Origin: Selaginella moellendorffii
Taxonomy: Eukaryota > Plantae > Lycopodiophyta
Length of the DNA stretch: 64,000 bases
Assembly (NCBI RefSeq): GCF_000143415.4
Contig: NW_003314295.1
Location: 1,597,950 to 1,661,949, forward strand
Direction of reading: 5' to 3'
Every line of letters begins with the position of its first letter. The first letter of the stretch is position 1. The notes below the pieces were generated by a model, which was not told the origin of the DNA, made no database searches, and saw nothing but the letters and a program-made list of their open reading frames with translations. Of this stretch, positions 34,704-47,509 are shown piece after piece. The position numbers and the translations under genes are program-made.

Positions 34704-36477
34704 ACAGTCATGAAACAAAGAAAGAGAAGTGTTGTTTTGTTCCTCTCGGGGCTCAGCATGAATTCTTTCAATATGGAATGGTGAGGATCAAGCTAGACAC
34801 ATGGGAGGATGAGTGAAGTAGTAGAGGACCACCAAGGGGCAGTTGTTAAGTATGCTTGTTTGTTTGTCTACTTCATACACTGCCCAAGCTCATGCTTTTA
34901 AGGGCAGCAAGATCGTACTTTCTATGAGTGTGCCTGCTTCAAGGTGGGAGTCGGCATGGTGATATTCTCGTAGCCGGTGGCTGATAATGTGGGGCAAATC
35001 ACGCCAGGCAGGTGATTGGGCAGCACTACAACTCCAGCTCTTGCTTGTGAAGGAATCACTCATAGTTTTTTTTTGCCAATTATCATAACTTGGAGATTGA
35101 GTAGTTTTTCAACCTAAAAATCCTTTAGCTGGCAGACTGCTTTGCATTTGTATGGCATCTTCTGTGCTCGACTTGGTCACTGCACACTTACCACCTTTGC
35201 TACTTGATTGCAAGTGTTTGTGTTTGAGTGTTGGTATCTTCAATATAGAGACATGCCACTTGAGGCACTAGTTTGCACTCTTATTGCAAGGGGTGAAAGG
35301 ATGGAAAAATGTACTTGGACAATATTTGTGAAAGTTATAAAGGTATGGAAGATATATTGCACTTTAGAGTTAAAGCTCTTTAGGAAGGAAACCACCTACA
35401 CTAGACCAAAAAGCAACAATGCAATCATAGTGATAAGACCAAAAGGCAACAATGCAATTGTAGTGATAATGGAGATAAAGATGGAGTAAGTTTTAAATTA
35501 AACTTGCATTCCACCAGTCCCAAAGAGCAAATCGATGTGCAAGGAGACATTCTACTAGATATCGTAGAGTTCATCACAGAAACATGGCAGAATGTAAGCT
35601 ACATTTTTCTCATGCTATGTGCTAAATCGATTTAATTATACAGATCCCTGAGTCAGCTATTTACTTCATTGAGGATGGAAAGAAGGTTCCTGCGTGCTGA
35701 AGTTTCTGTTTGATTCTTTGCATGAGGTTAATGCTCCAAGTGTCTCAATAAGTTCAACATCTAGGACATGTGACACTTTTTGTTTTAGCGACAAATATTT
35801 TTTAAATATGGCCTCTAATATATAGCGAGAACAGCACATGGCCAACCAAAAAAGTGGAGGCCAATGTTTCTTTTGGAAGTTATTCAAGTGTTGTTTTTAG
35901 TAAAATGGCTGAATTTCGCTATACACCCCTTCCAAAGGTCATTTTGTTCATCCTTTCAAAACTTTAGGGTTAAGATGTAATTTCACAACTGCCCAGTGCA
36001 GTAATTGTCTTAACCAATCCCATCATGCATTGACAATGCAATCATTTTGTGAATTTACAGTTTCCAGTAACATTTGTAGTCTGTAACATTAATAACCAAT
36101 AAGAATAATGAAGTATAAAGAAAAACTTACCAGAAGACTGGTACAAAGTACTCCACTGTAGACTCCTGTTGCTTATATTCTCTATTATGCTTGAGCTTCC
36201 CAAAAACAATACATTTTATGGGATAGCTGCAGTTAGGATCATTGTCAATTGCAACACTAATAACATTGAGAGTGATATCTGCAGATATCTTCTTGTTGAT
36301 ATCATGGGCTTGGTGAAGAGATATCCTCAAAGTTGGTAAAACATAAAGAGCTCCAAAGTTAATACACCCTTCCTTCACTTTCTTTTGCACCCATTTCTTT
36401 GGCTCTGTCTTGACTATGGGCAATAACTTTGCCACTAAAAAAGGGCTAATTTATTAAAATTTAAATAATAAATAAAT

Positions 36478-38310
36478 TAAAATTACTTTGTTTAATATAT
36501 CAACTACCATTATGTCAATTTTTTATGACTTTTTGTTGAGTAAAGCACATAATTTTTTAAGATATCATTAGTGTCTTCATCCATTTTTTTCATTTCTTCC
36601 AAAGTCTTAATTATCCCAGATCCATTACCTAAAAAAAAAATTTATAAATTAAAATTTTAAAATAAAAAGGTATTACAAAAAAAAATAATAGTAGTAAATG
36701 GAGATTGCCTTGGTTGAACTAATTTTTCTGTTTCATCATGATATTTGTGATATGCCTCATATTTACCCATTTTCAATTTTACCACTTTTTTCTTTCTAAT
36801 TGCATTTTATCCTAATATATTGAATGCATTATTACTTGGTGGGAATCTAAAACATAAATTGTTAAAACTATAACTTCATTAACAATTTCAAATTAATTTG
36901 ATGTAAACCATATGTTAAATATGTAAAACATAATATGTAAAACATATTTTTCTGTGAATATATAAAACATATTATATAGTTTCCATGATTCCAAAAAAAT
37001 CCAAGAATAATTGTGTTTCTTTTAAAAAAAATTAATCTGAAAAATAAGAATAATTAATACTATCAATAACAATGATGTAATATAAATAAACATGTATGGA
37101 AGAAGGCAATAGGAGTAACTTCTACTCAAGGCAACTCTTGCTATAAAGCATGTAATGGAGCACTACTACTTAAAAACTACGAAAACAAAAAAATATTTAG
37201 AAGAAAACTTTTGTAGTATGAGCAAGTTTTAATAAAGTGGAATCATGTGATGAGCTTGCCTTATAAAACATTAATAAGTATTAATGAACACTATTATATT
37301 AAAAAACTGATAACATTACTTATCTAAAGGGTTTTTGTGGTAAGAGCAAGCTCCACATATGCAATGGAATAAAAGTCATTAACTTTTAGTTGAAATAAAA
37401 TTACTTTGTCCAATATAACCAACTACCAGTATGTCAATTTTCTATCACTATTTGTTGAGTAAAACACATAACTTTTTGAGATATCACTAGCGTTTCCATC
37501 AATTTTTTTAAAATTTTTTCCAAAGTTTTAACTATCCCAAAGCTATTACCTAAAAAATAAATTTTGTAAACTAAAAATTTAAAATAAAAAGGTATTATTA
37601 AAAAACTAATAATAGTAAATGGAGATTGCCTTGGTTGAACTAATTTTTCTGTTCCATCTTGATATTTGTGATATGCCTCATATTTACTCATTTTCAATTT
37701 TACCACTTTTTTCTTTTTAATTGCATTTTATCTCGACATATTGAATGCATTATCACTTGGTGGGAATTTAAAACATAAATTGTTAAAACTATAACTTTAT
37801 TAACAATTTCAAATTAATTTGATGCAAACTATATGTAAAATATGTAAAACATATGTTTTTGTGAATATGTAAAACATATTACATAGTTTCTGTGATCCCA
37901 AAAGAATCCAAGAATAATTGTATTGCTTTTAAAAGAATTTGATTTGAAGAAAAAAGAATAATTAATACTATCAATAACAACAATATAATATAAATAAACC
38001 TATATGAAAAAAGGCATCTTAACTTGGCCTTGGTAATAGAAGTAACCTTCATCCAAAGTAACTCTTATTATAAAGCATATGATGGAATACTACTACTAAA
38101 AATCTACAAAAACAAAATAGTACTTGGAAAATCTTTGTAACAAAAGTAAACTTTGGTAAAGTGGAATCATGCGAGGGATTTACACTATAAAGCATCAACA
38201 ATCACTAATGAATACTATTATATTAGAAATTTGATAACATTATTCATATAAAGGGTTTTTGTGATAAAAATAAACTTCAAAAGTGCAATACAATCAAAGT
38301 CATCAACCTT
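36478..38310. repeat. AT-rich ~0.92-kb diverged tandem duplication (units ~36478-37395 and ~37396-38310)
   Basis: AAATGGAGATTGCCTTGGTTGAACTAATTTTTCTGTT and many other blocks repeat at ~920-bp spacing. Confidence 0.85.
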
Positions 38311-39744
38311 TGATGAGTAAAACACTAAAAGAAGAAAGGGGAAAAAAACTCATTTAAAGTGTTCAAGGGTCACAAAAAAGTCTGGAATGCCGCATAATGT
38401 GTTTTCATGATGTAACTCTTCCATTCCATCTTTCAGTTCTAGCTCTTCGAGTACAAGTTTGGTCCTGTGTGCCACCTCTTCGGTTATGTTTCAGTCACAT
38501 GCCATAACCTCCAGAAGTTTCAAATTGATAGGTAGCAATCCCTTGAAATGGACTATGCCATCTGAAAAGAAAATCAATGGAAATTACAAATTGGAAATAG
38601 CTTACCAGAGATCAAGCGTTGGAAAGCACCACATCTTACAATGACGGCCAGAAGAGTGTTTGTACACGTAAGAAGATTAGGATGCCGCCCAAGGAGGGCA
38701 GCCAGAAAGAGCAGCCATCGTGTCCTTTCATTACTCGAGTAATCCTGAAACTTTTTGTAGTGGCTGTAGGAAAACTGTCGGGAAATTTGACAATGTAATC
38801 AATCTCTCACCTGGATAGAACCATCAAAATTTCTTGGTCTTCTCCACTGAAAATACGCTCCAGAGTTGGTATCCAATTTCTTAAGAACTGTGGAAGCGTA
38901 CTAGAATCACTATTCACGAGTTTAAAGTATGGGCAAAAGAATCAACAAAACTAACGAAGCTCACCTTAGATTAATCACCCATAGAACCTGTGACGGCGTA
39001 AATGCGTGAACTCCTTTCCTCTCCAGCTTCTTCACGGTGTAGAGCATGCATGCCATCCAAATACGCTCAGCTTCATTTGCCTGAAATAGACGATAAAATT
39101 CTTTTGGAAAACCACCTGTTAAACAAGGAATTCATTTACGGTGCCACCCAACAAAGTGATACAATTGCGTGAAGCAGCACCAATGCTCTCTCCATGTAAA
39201 TCTCGCTTGCCTGATCAAATAAATTTCGAGCCCTTCCAACACAAGAAAGCATCCAAACCTCGCAACACGGCCGGAAGCAGCGATCATTGCCATCGCACGA
39301 CAGCTGGAAGCAGCGATCATTGCCAATCGCAAGGCGGCTGGAATAGACCCTCACCATCGCGGCATGGCCAGACATTACAATCGAGCCTTGCCATCGCAGC
39401 ACCAGCATCGAGCATTGCCATGGAACTGCGGCCAGAATTGAGCAGCCTCCACCATGGAATTTCTGCCAGAGGCAGTAGCAATCAATCCATCTTGCTCTTC
39501 ACTTGGTATTAGCGCCAGCGCCATGGGATTCTCCAGACCATTGATGCCAGGTGGGAAATGTTTCTGGCGCTCTTCTCGCCTAGCTTCTTCTTGAAGCTAA
39601 GCTTTGCCACGGGCAACCCGCGCGGTGTGACGCGGGTGGCATGTAGATCGGGGATGGGAGCTGCTGTGTCGGCAAATGCACACATAGTCGATCGCTCCGC
39701 CGTCGAATTCCAGGGCTGGCTCAATCATGGACGGCTCGTTGGGG

Positions 39745-39772
39745 AGGGAGAGAGAGAGAGAGAGAGAGAGAG
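39745..39772. repeat. (GA)n microsatellite
   Basis: Direct reading. Confidence 0.8.
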
Positions 39773-40244
39773 ATTTCTTTGGCAGACGGGATTGTTTCTC
39801 GAGAACATCCAGATCGGAGGACGAGTTTGGTGTGCACGATCGTAAATTCACACGGACGGAGTCCATTCGATCAGAACGCGCTTCTTTCGCTTTTTTTTCC
39901 AGGTAACGGTATGATGTTTAGCGACTTCTGTAGGTTTTATGCTTGACGCAGTTAAGTTCCAAGCACAGCGGGCGATCATTTAGACCAACACAAAAATGGA
40001 AGGGTGGCTTTTATTGGCTCTCTTCGAAAGCAAGGTGGCTTCTTATCGTTTTTGTTTCTCTTTCTCTTTTGCATTCCATGAGCAGAAAATTTGATTTGTT
40101 TTCACGCGCTTAGTTTTTGTATATTCTTCTTTTAAGCAGGCAAGGCTAGTAGTTTCATAATTCTCCACTCCAATGCCTCAATGGTAAGGCCAGATTGACA
40201 TGTCAACTCAGCTGTAGATCACGGAAAAGGAAGATGGCCCTAGA

Positions 40245-40970
40245 CCCTGGCCTTGCAGCCACTCACGAAAGTCCAAGCATACAGTTCTTTTCTACTGTTA
40301 GCGTTAGCGATCACATGAGCTGTGAACTGGTGTTAAATACGTTTAGCACAATGTGAGAGAAGCTATGGGCTTCATCAACTAAAGGCTAACGTTCAGTGCG
40401 ATCATTCGTTTTGAATTGGCTTGCCAGTGGAATCAAGATGTCAAGATTCTGGCAAGATTGGTGTACCAACAACGTATTCTTAACTACGAATCCAACATCC
40501 TGTACCGAAAAATCAGGATCAGTAACGGTTTAATCTAAGAGGACAATTTGTCCTGGCATTTTAAGAACTCAATGTGCCTCCCCGTAAGAAATGGCCAAAA
40601 CTCTTTCTATTCGAGTAGCCAAGGTGTCAACTCGGGCCATTTACACAACTCTGCCTCTCCAAACCAAAGACCTGTATAAAACATAAACATTGTTTTGAGA
40701 AACTCTTGCAAGCTGGAAACAAGAAAGTCATACCAATTTCCCACTCTCCATTCGCGACACTGTCACTGCCATGGATGACATTCCTGGCATAACTGAGCAT
40801 GAAAAGTTCATTCCCGAGGGAGAGCTTTAGAAACCAGAACCTTACCTTCCAACACCAACAGCAAGATCCCCACGTATCGTTCCTGGTTCAGCTTGCAGCC
40901 ACGACTCCAGGACCTTCCCATGCCTGGAATCCAAAAGCCTCACCGAAGATGCCGCAAGAGAAGAGAAACC
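40245..40970 (-). pseudogene. Degenerate direct copy of the 3' half and 3' flank of the NDPK gene (44280-45070)
   Basis: [17 protein letters not shown] and intron and flank sequence shared; internal deletion. Confidence 0.85.
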
Positions 40971-42128
40971 TCTACTCGTGGAACATGATTCCCCATGCAA
41001 TGGGGATCTGTCCAGCGCCAAGAATCTCTTCGATAGAATGCCACAAAGATTCATGGACGGCTATCATGGCAGCTTTTGGCGTTAATGGTAGTTTAAACGA
41101 TGCGAGATTGTCTCTGCCCTGCCCTAATCAAATGTCATGCTTGCAAAATATGCCCTGGCTGGGTATTTGGAGTCCTGGCTCAGCTTTCAACGCAATGGGT
41201 GAGAGAAACTTTGCATCTTGGACGTCGACGATTAAGCCGCTGTAAAAATTAGGGAAAGTGGAGCTGGCCCAGAAGATTTACGATCGGATGCCAATGTGGA
41301 ATGTAATCACGTCGACTTCGATGTTAGCTGCATATACCCAAAGAGGGCAGTTTGACTTGGTATTGGTGGCCTTTGATTCGATGCCGGAGATCAATGTGGT
41401 TACATCGATCCAATAAGATGCCTCTTGTGAGCTCGAGCTCCTGTGCTGCGCTCGTGGAGCTCTACACGCTGAGTGGTCTCTTAATGGAAGCGAGGCAGCT
41501 CATTGAAAGAATGCTCCAAGTTGATATCGCGTCGTGGAACATGTTGCTCGCGGGGTACTCGCAGAACAGCTACTGCAAAAGAACTTTCGATGGGATCTCC
41601 AGCCGGAACGAAGTAACCTGGAACTCCATGGCCGGAGCTTACGTCCAGAACGGGCAGCTGAGTAGAGCCATCGAAATGCTCGAGCGAATGCCGCAGCTTG
41701 CTCTGATTTCCTGGCACATACTCCTGGGAGCTCTCGTCCAGAACGGCCGGACTCGAGAATCCATCCATCTCTTCCACCAAATGCTGCTCGAAGCAGTGAT
41801 CTCATATGCCGTGGCTCTCGTGAGCGTTCTCACTACTTGCAGCCATGCAGGACTTGTAAGTTCCAGCCGCCTCTACTTCACGTCGATGCTTTCCGACTAC
41901 GAGCGAGCACCTGTTGCGGAACAGTTTTCCTGCGTGATCGATCTTCTGGGACGTGTTGGAAGGCTAGAAGATGCGGAGGTGTTGATTAATGTCTTGCCTT
42001 TCGCTCCAAGCATCGTGGTGTGGGGAGCACTGCTTGGATCTTGTAAGATTCACTCTGACTTTGAAAGAGGTGTACGTGTTGCTAAAAGTATTCTGGAGCT
42101 GGTTTTCCTAGGCACTGTAATTACGTAA
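40965..42128 (+). pseudogene. Inverted, internally deleted copy of the PPR gene at 25266-27179
   Basis: Near-identical MPLVSSSSCAALVELYTLSG...VFLGTVIT; frameshifts and stop in the 5' part; large deletion near 41410. Confidence 0.9.
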
Positions 42129-42399
42129 ACCCTCAAGCACCAAGAGAATCTTTGATTCTGTCAATCTCAGCTAGAAGAGGCAGAGGGGGATTTGGGCTAG
42201 ATCTGGAGCAGGTTGTCTCAGACCCGTTCCCAGAGGTGGAACAATGGATGCCCACTGCTAGAGTTCTGTCATGCATCACAACATGCGGCAACTCCACGGA
42301 TTCCATGGGCCACTACATTGCTACAGTCCTGGGCCCCCTAGCGTGGTTCTTCAAGCAAGTTGAGAATGGTTGAGGGACACTTGAGAGGTAGTCTATAAC

Positions 42400-43415
42400 C
42401 TATACTATCCGACTGCAAATCCAGACTCCTGCTGACTGCTCTGATGTAGCAAAGAGCGATATTGTTAGTTCCTGGGTGTAATCCCATGATCCATGACCAT
42501 AAAAAAAAAAGGGTGTGAATTCTTGCTGGGCTGGAGCACAGTAACTTTTAGTTCTCTTCTGTTTTCTGATCCAAACTTCTTGACCATTTGCGTTGGCGGG
42601 GCTTGGATAAGCGCGAGAGCGAATATGCGATTCCACGATAAAATCCTTACCTGAAGGAAACTTGATTAGAAAACTTGGCCTTGGAACTCCTATGTTGAGA
42701 TGCTGTGATGTTATTGCTTTACTTGTTTCTTTCCTTTCTTTTGCTTCTCCGGCCTGCCATTTTTCCTGGAAGCGTTGAGCGAGACGTGTTCCCGTAGCTG
42801 CTCTATCCCTGGCCTCGACGGATGAAAACAGGGCCGTGGACTCGCATGCGGCCACCGAAAGAGTGTTTCTTTCAGTTTTCCCAAGAACCAGTAGGAGAAT
42901 TTATCGCACAGTAGCTCGTGACTCAGCCTTTGCAAACATGTTGAAGGCTGCCTTGATGCACGGATCTTGAACAGTTTTCAGATAAATCAAACGGGTTTTC
43001 CACCTTAAAAGAAAACGAAAATTGATTCATTTCTTCGAAAAACTTTTAGTAGATCTTGCTCACCAGCAGCGCATAATTCTTGCTTTCCCATGACGGATCG
43101 GTGGTCGTTTTGTCCACCCACTGTCCACGGAAAGTACACACAGCTAGACCTTGAATCCACAACTCCTCAACAGCCGAAAACTACAGAAGGAAAATCCGGG
43201 ATCAGAAAGTTGATAGCAAAATCCATAATACCTGGCCAAAAAATGACACGAACAACTCTGCAACTGAGCTAGTGTTTCCCTTCCCAAAACCTCTTTCTGT
43301 GAATTCTGCGATCCTTCTTAGATACTGAAAGCCATCAGCTCCAAGCAGCAACTGTCAGTAAGCAGAAAAAACCAATGAATTATTGACTTGAGGCACCGCC
43401 TTGACCGATGGTAGC
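42400..43415 (-). pseudogene. Inverted copy of the 3' part of the HESO1-like gene (46806-47805)
   Basis: LSHELLCDKFSYWFLGKLKETLFRWPHASPRP and intron sequence shared in opposite orientation. Confidence 0.9.
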
Positions 43416-43416
43416 G

Positions 43417-43675
43417 CAGCTGCCACCACTTCACGTCGATGCTCTCCGACTACGAGCTAGCACCTGTTGCGGAACACTTTTCCCGCGTGATTGATCTTCT
43501 GAGACGCGTTGTAAGGCTAGAAGATGCAGAGGTGTTGATCAATTTTTCGCCTTTCGCTCCAAGCATCGTGGTGTGGGGAGCACTGCTTGGACGTTGTAAG
43601 ATTCACTCTGACTTTGAAAGAGGTGTACATGTTGCTAAAAGTATTCTGGAGCTGGATCCCACGCACGATGGATCC
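43417..43675 (+). pseudogene. Second PPR 3' fragment (E region)
   Basis: MLSDYELAPVAEHFS...LELDPTHDGS nearly identical to the 25266 gene C-terminus. Confidence 0.85.
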
Positions 43676-44672
43676 CCCAAATTCTCTATATCGTCTGATA
43701 GTCAAAGGACGCTGTGGCGGAGGGGAAGTCTGGGTTGTGGATGAGTTCTACAAGGAGATACAGAAAATCGAAGTTGAAAATTGCACACCAACACCACACC
43801 ACATCCTCCAGAAGGCACCACCACTGACAACACCTGTCCTTAGGGATGAATAACATAAAGGAAGAAATGTGTGTGTATGTGTGTGGTTGGTCATGTGTAT
43901 TGTGCCAGAGTGCTGCATGGTAACTATATAAATTCCTTATACAATATCAAAATAAAAGTGTTGGTGTTTGCAGCAACTTGCATTCGTTAATATTATATAC
44001 AAACTGCCTGATAAATTCCTCTGAAGAAGGAAAAAGTTCTCATCATGAAGAATGCAATCTTTGCCCATTGTTGTTTTCTGCGTCCATCATGGTGAGCTTT
44101 GCGAACTCTTTTGGTGTTTGGATCTTGTACATGCATCCAGTCAAACCTTGTTGACTGCTTTCAAGTTTTAAGAAATTTAAACTGTGACAGTAGAGGGAAA
44201 TTACTGATGCATCACTAGCTATTAGGTCTTATTCCTGTACTATTGGTATTATGATGCTAAAATATGTTATCTTCTAGATCCTGGCATTGCAGCCACTCAC
44301 GAAAGTCCAAGCATACAGCTCTTTTCTACTGTTAGGAAAGTAAAGTATCCTGCCTTGATGGTTAGCGATCACTGGAGCTGTGAAATGGTGTTAAATACGT
44401 TTAGCACAATGTGAGAGAAGCTATGGGCTTTATTAACTAAAGGCTAACGTTCAGTGCGATCATCGTTTTGAATTGGCAATCAAGGTGTCAACAAAGATTC
44501 GTGTACCAACAACGCGCAGACGCAAAAGAGTATCTATTCTTAACTACGAATCCAACATCCTGTACCGAGAAATCAGGATTAGTAACGGTTTAATCTACAA
44601 TGTTTTATTCCGTGTGACGGAGGCATTTTAAGAACTCAATGTGCCTCCCGTAAGAAATGGCCGAGATTCTTT

Positions 44673-45693
44673 CTATTCGAGTAGCCAGGGCGTCAACTCG
44701 GGCTGCCATTTACACAACTCGGCCTCTCCAAACCAAAGACCTGCATAAAACATAAACATTGTCTTGAGAAACTCTTGCAAGCTGGAAAAATGAAGCCATA
44801 CCAATTTCCCGCTCTCCATTCGCGACACTGTCACTGCCATGGATGACATTCCTGGCATAACCAAGCAACAAAAGTTCATTCCTGAGGGAGAGCTTTAGAA
44901 ACCAGAACCTTACCTTCCAACAGCAACAGCAAGATCCCCACGGATCGTTCCTGGCTCAGCTTGCAGCGGGTTCGTCGATCCAATAAGTTTTCGTGCGGAA
45001 GCCACGACTCCAGGACCTTCCCATGCCTGGAATTCAAAGGCTTCACTGAAGATGCCACAAGAGGAGAGAAACTTACCATGCAAACAACAGGGCCAGAGGT
45101 TATGTACTTCACAAGCTTGGGAAAGAATGGCTTCTCTTGGAGCTCCTCATAATGCTTCTGCAAAAGAGAGAAAAAGAAGAAAAAATTTGAGAGCAAGAGC
45201 TTTAAGCTTTACGTCACCTTTGCAAGATCCTCGGGGCACTGGAACATTTTCAATCCCGCGAGACGAAATCCTTTCTTCTCAAAGCGAGAGATGATTTCTC
45301 CAACCTTACAAAAGAAAAAAAAATTCGTTTGTTGTCATAGCTATTAGGACGCAAAGGCTCATCGAAAGAAATGTACCAGTCCGCGTTGGACTCCATCAGG
45401 TTTCACCATCACATACGTTTGCTCTAGCCCTCCCTGCCAAGATGGAAAGAAATCCAGCGGAAATTCAACAACTACAAACAAACCTCTGCTCTGGGTTGAG
45501 CGACGACCGAAATTTTCTCCTCGCTCGACACAGCAGCTCGCGAGGATGATGCGATGCGCCATCGAATGGCGCTAGGGCGCCACGAGATCCGGTGGCAGTG
45601 GAATGCCAGCGCCGAACGATTCCTCCTCGGCGAGCCGGTATCCACTCTAGGGCTAGAATGCGCGACTATTGGAGCTAGAGAAGAAGAAGCCAT
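44673..45693 (-). CDS. NDPK: Nucleoside diphosphate kinase, plastid-type (NDPK2-like)
   Basis: Transit-peptide-like N-terminus; [45 protein letters not shown] catalytic His motif. Confidence 0.93.
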
Positions 45694-45900
45694 GACTCTC
45701 GCGAGAATGAAGAGAGAGAGGAGAGGACGGCTTATATCCCTGGGTCGGTCTACGTGGCAGAGAGATGGATTAAAGGAAGGTATTACGTGGGACCGGATTT
45801 TCTTACTTTAGGGTTCGTCTATTTCATGGCGGGGACGATTCAAGCGCCGAGAGAGTCTAAGGTGCGTCGCCGCTCGATTCTTCCGGGCGCTTGACGTGAA

Positions 45901-47509
45901 ATGGCGCTGGACCGTGACATCGCTGCGACCGCCGCGCAGCTGGAGCACCAGCGCGTGGATGACTTGAGGCGCTCCAATGCGGCAGCGCTGTTCGAGGGCT
46001 TGCTGATGGCTACTGCGAATCAGCTCCAGCCGACGCAGCAAGATTTCGAGGCCAGAGTAGATATTTTGCGGCGGCTGGAGTATTTGATAAGAGAAATCGA
46101 TGTTTGCAAAGGTATGACCATTTTACTCTTGTCAAACATCAAGCACTACTTTCTTTTCAGGCTTGGCGATTAAACCTTTTGGATCGTTCCTGTCAAACTT
46201 GTATACGCCTTGGGGAGATTTAGATATTACTTTGATGCCGCTTGAGTCGGCACCGCTTTCCAGGAGCAAAAAGACCAAAATTCTGAAGTCTATCCATGAT
46301 GCTCTACTTCAAGCTGGTAAAGTACACCGTTCTTTTTTCCTGTGCTCGTGCCACCTCCTTCGATTTGTTGTTTTTTACCTCTAGCTTTCAGGTGGAGCGA
46401 TTCGTGTCCAAGTTCTGTTTCGGCCTCGCGTTCCACTCTTAATGTTTGAAGATGCATGGTGGAGAATCTCATGTGACATCTCCGTGAGCAATACCGACGC
46501 TGTTTTCAAGTCACACGCCCTGGGCCTGATTGTTGGTATGGATTTAAGGTGCAGGCAGCTCATCTTCCTCGTGAGTGTAATGAGTTTTCTTGTGTTTGGT
46601 TTTTTCTTACGCTCTCTCCTTTTTCCCCAGGTTAAGTGCTGGGCCAAAGCGCAGTGCATTAACGATCCAAAGATGGGGACCTTGAACTCGTATGCACTGT
46701 CTTTACTCGTTATATTTCATCTCCAAGTAAGCACATGACAATTGTATATGATGTTGATAAACCAAAGCCTCTAGACTCGAAATCCACCTATTTTGCCACC
46801 ATTGAGCGCTATCATCGGTCAAGTCGGTGCCTCAGGTCAATAATTCAATGGTTTTTTCTGCTTACTGACAGATTCTGCTTGCAGCTGATGGCTTTCAGTA
46901 TCTAAGCAGGATCGCAGAGTTTACAGAAAGAGGTTTTGGGAAGGGAAATACGAGCTCAGTTGCAGAGTTGTTCGTGTCATTTTTTGGCCAGGTATTATGG
47001 ATTTTGGTATCAACTTTCTGATCCCGGATTTTCCTTCTGTAGTTTTCGGCTGTTGAGGAGTTGTGGATTCAAGGTCTAGCTGTGTGTACTTTCCGTGGAC
47101 AGTGGGGGGACAAAACGACCACCGATCCGTCATGGGCAAGCAAGAATTATGCGATGCTGGTGAGCAAAATGTTTCCGAAGAAATGAATCAATTTTCGTTT
47201 TCTTTTAAGGTGGAAGACCCGTTTGATTTATCTGAAAACTGCGCAAGATCCGTGCATCAAGGCAGCCTTCAACATGTTTGCAAGGCATTTAGGCTGAGTC
47301 ACGAGCTACTGTGCGATAAATTCTCCTACTGGTTCTTGGGAAAACTGAAAGAAACGCTCTTCCGGTGGCCACATGCGAGTCCACGGCCCTGTTTTCATCC
47401 GTCGAGGCCAGGGATAGAGCAGCTACGGGAACACGCCTCGCTCAACGCTTCCAGGAAGAATGACAGGCCGGAGAAGCAAAAGAAAGGAAAGAAACAAGTA
47501 AAGCAATAA
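45901..47509 (+). CDS. HESO1: Terminal uridylyltransferase, HESO1-like nucleotidyltransferase
   Basis: PFGSFLSNLYTPWGDLDIT nucleotidyltransferase motif, VKCWAKAQCINDPKMGTLNSYALSLLVIFHLQ, VEDPFDLSENCARSV. Confidence 0.85.

Larger units (their letters stand above)
32154..34743. repeat. ~98-bp inverted repeat (left arm 32154-32251; right arm 32274-32336 plus 34709-34743) interrupted by the LTR composite
   Basis: Reverse complement of the left arm matches the right arm continuously once 32337-34708 is removed. Confidence 0.9.
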
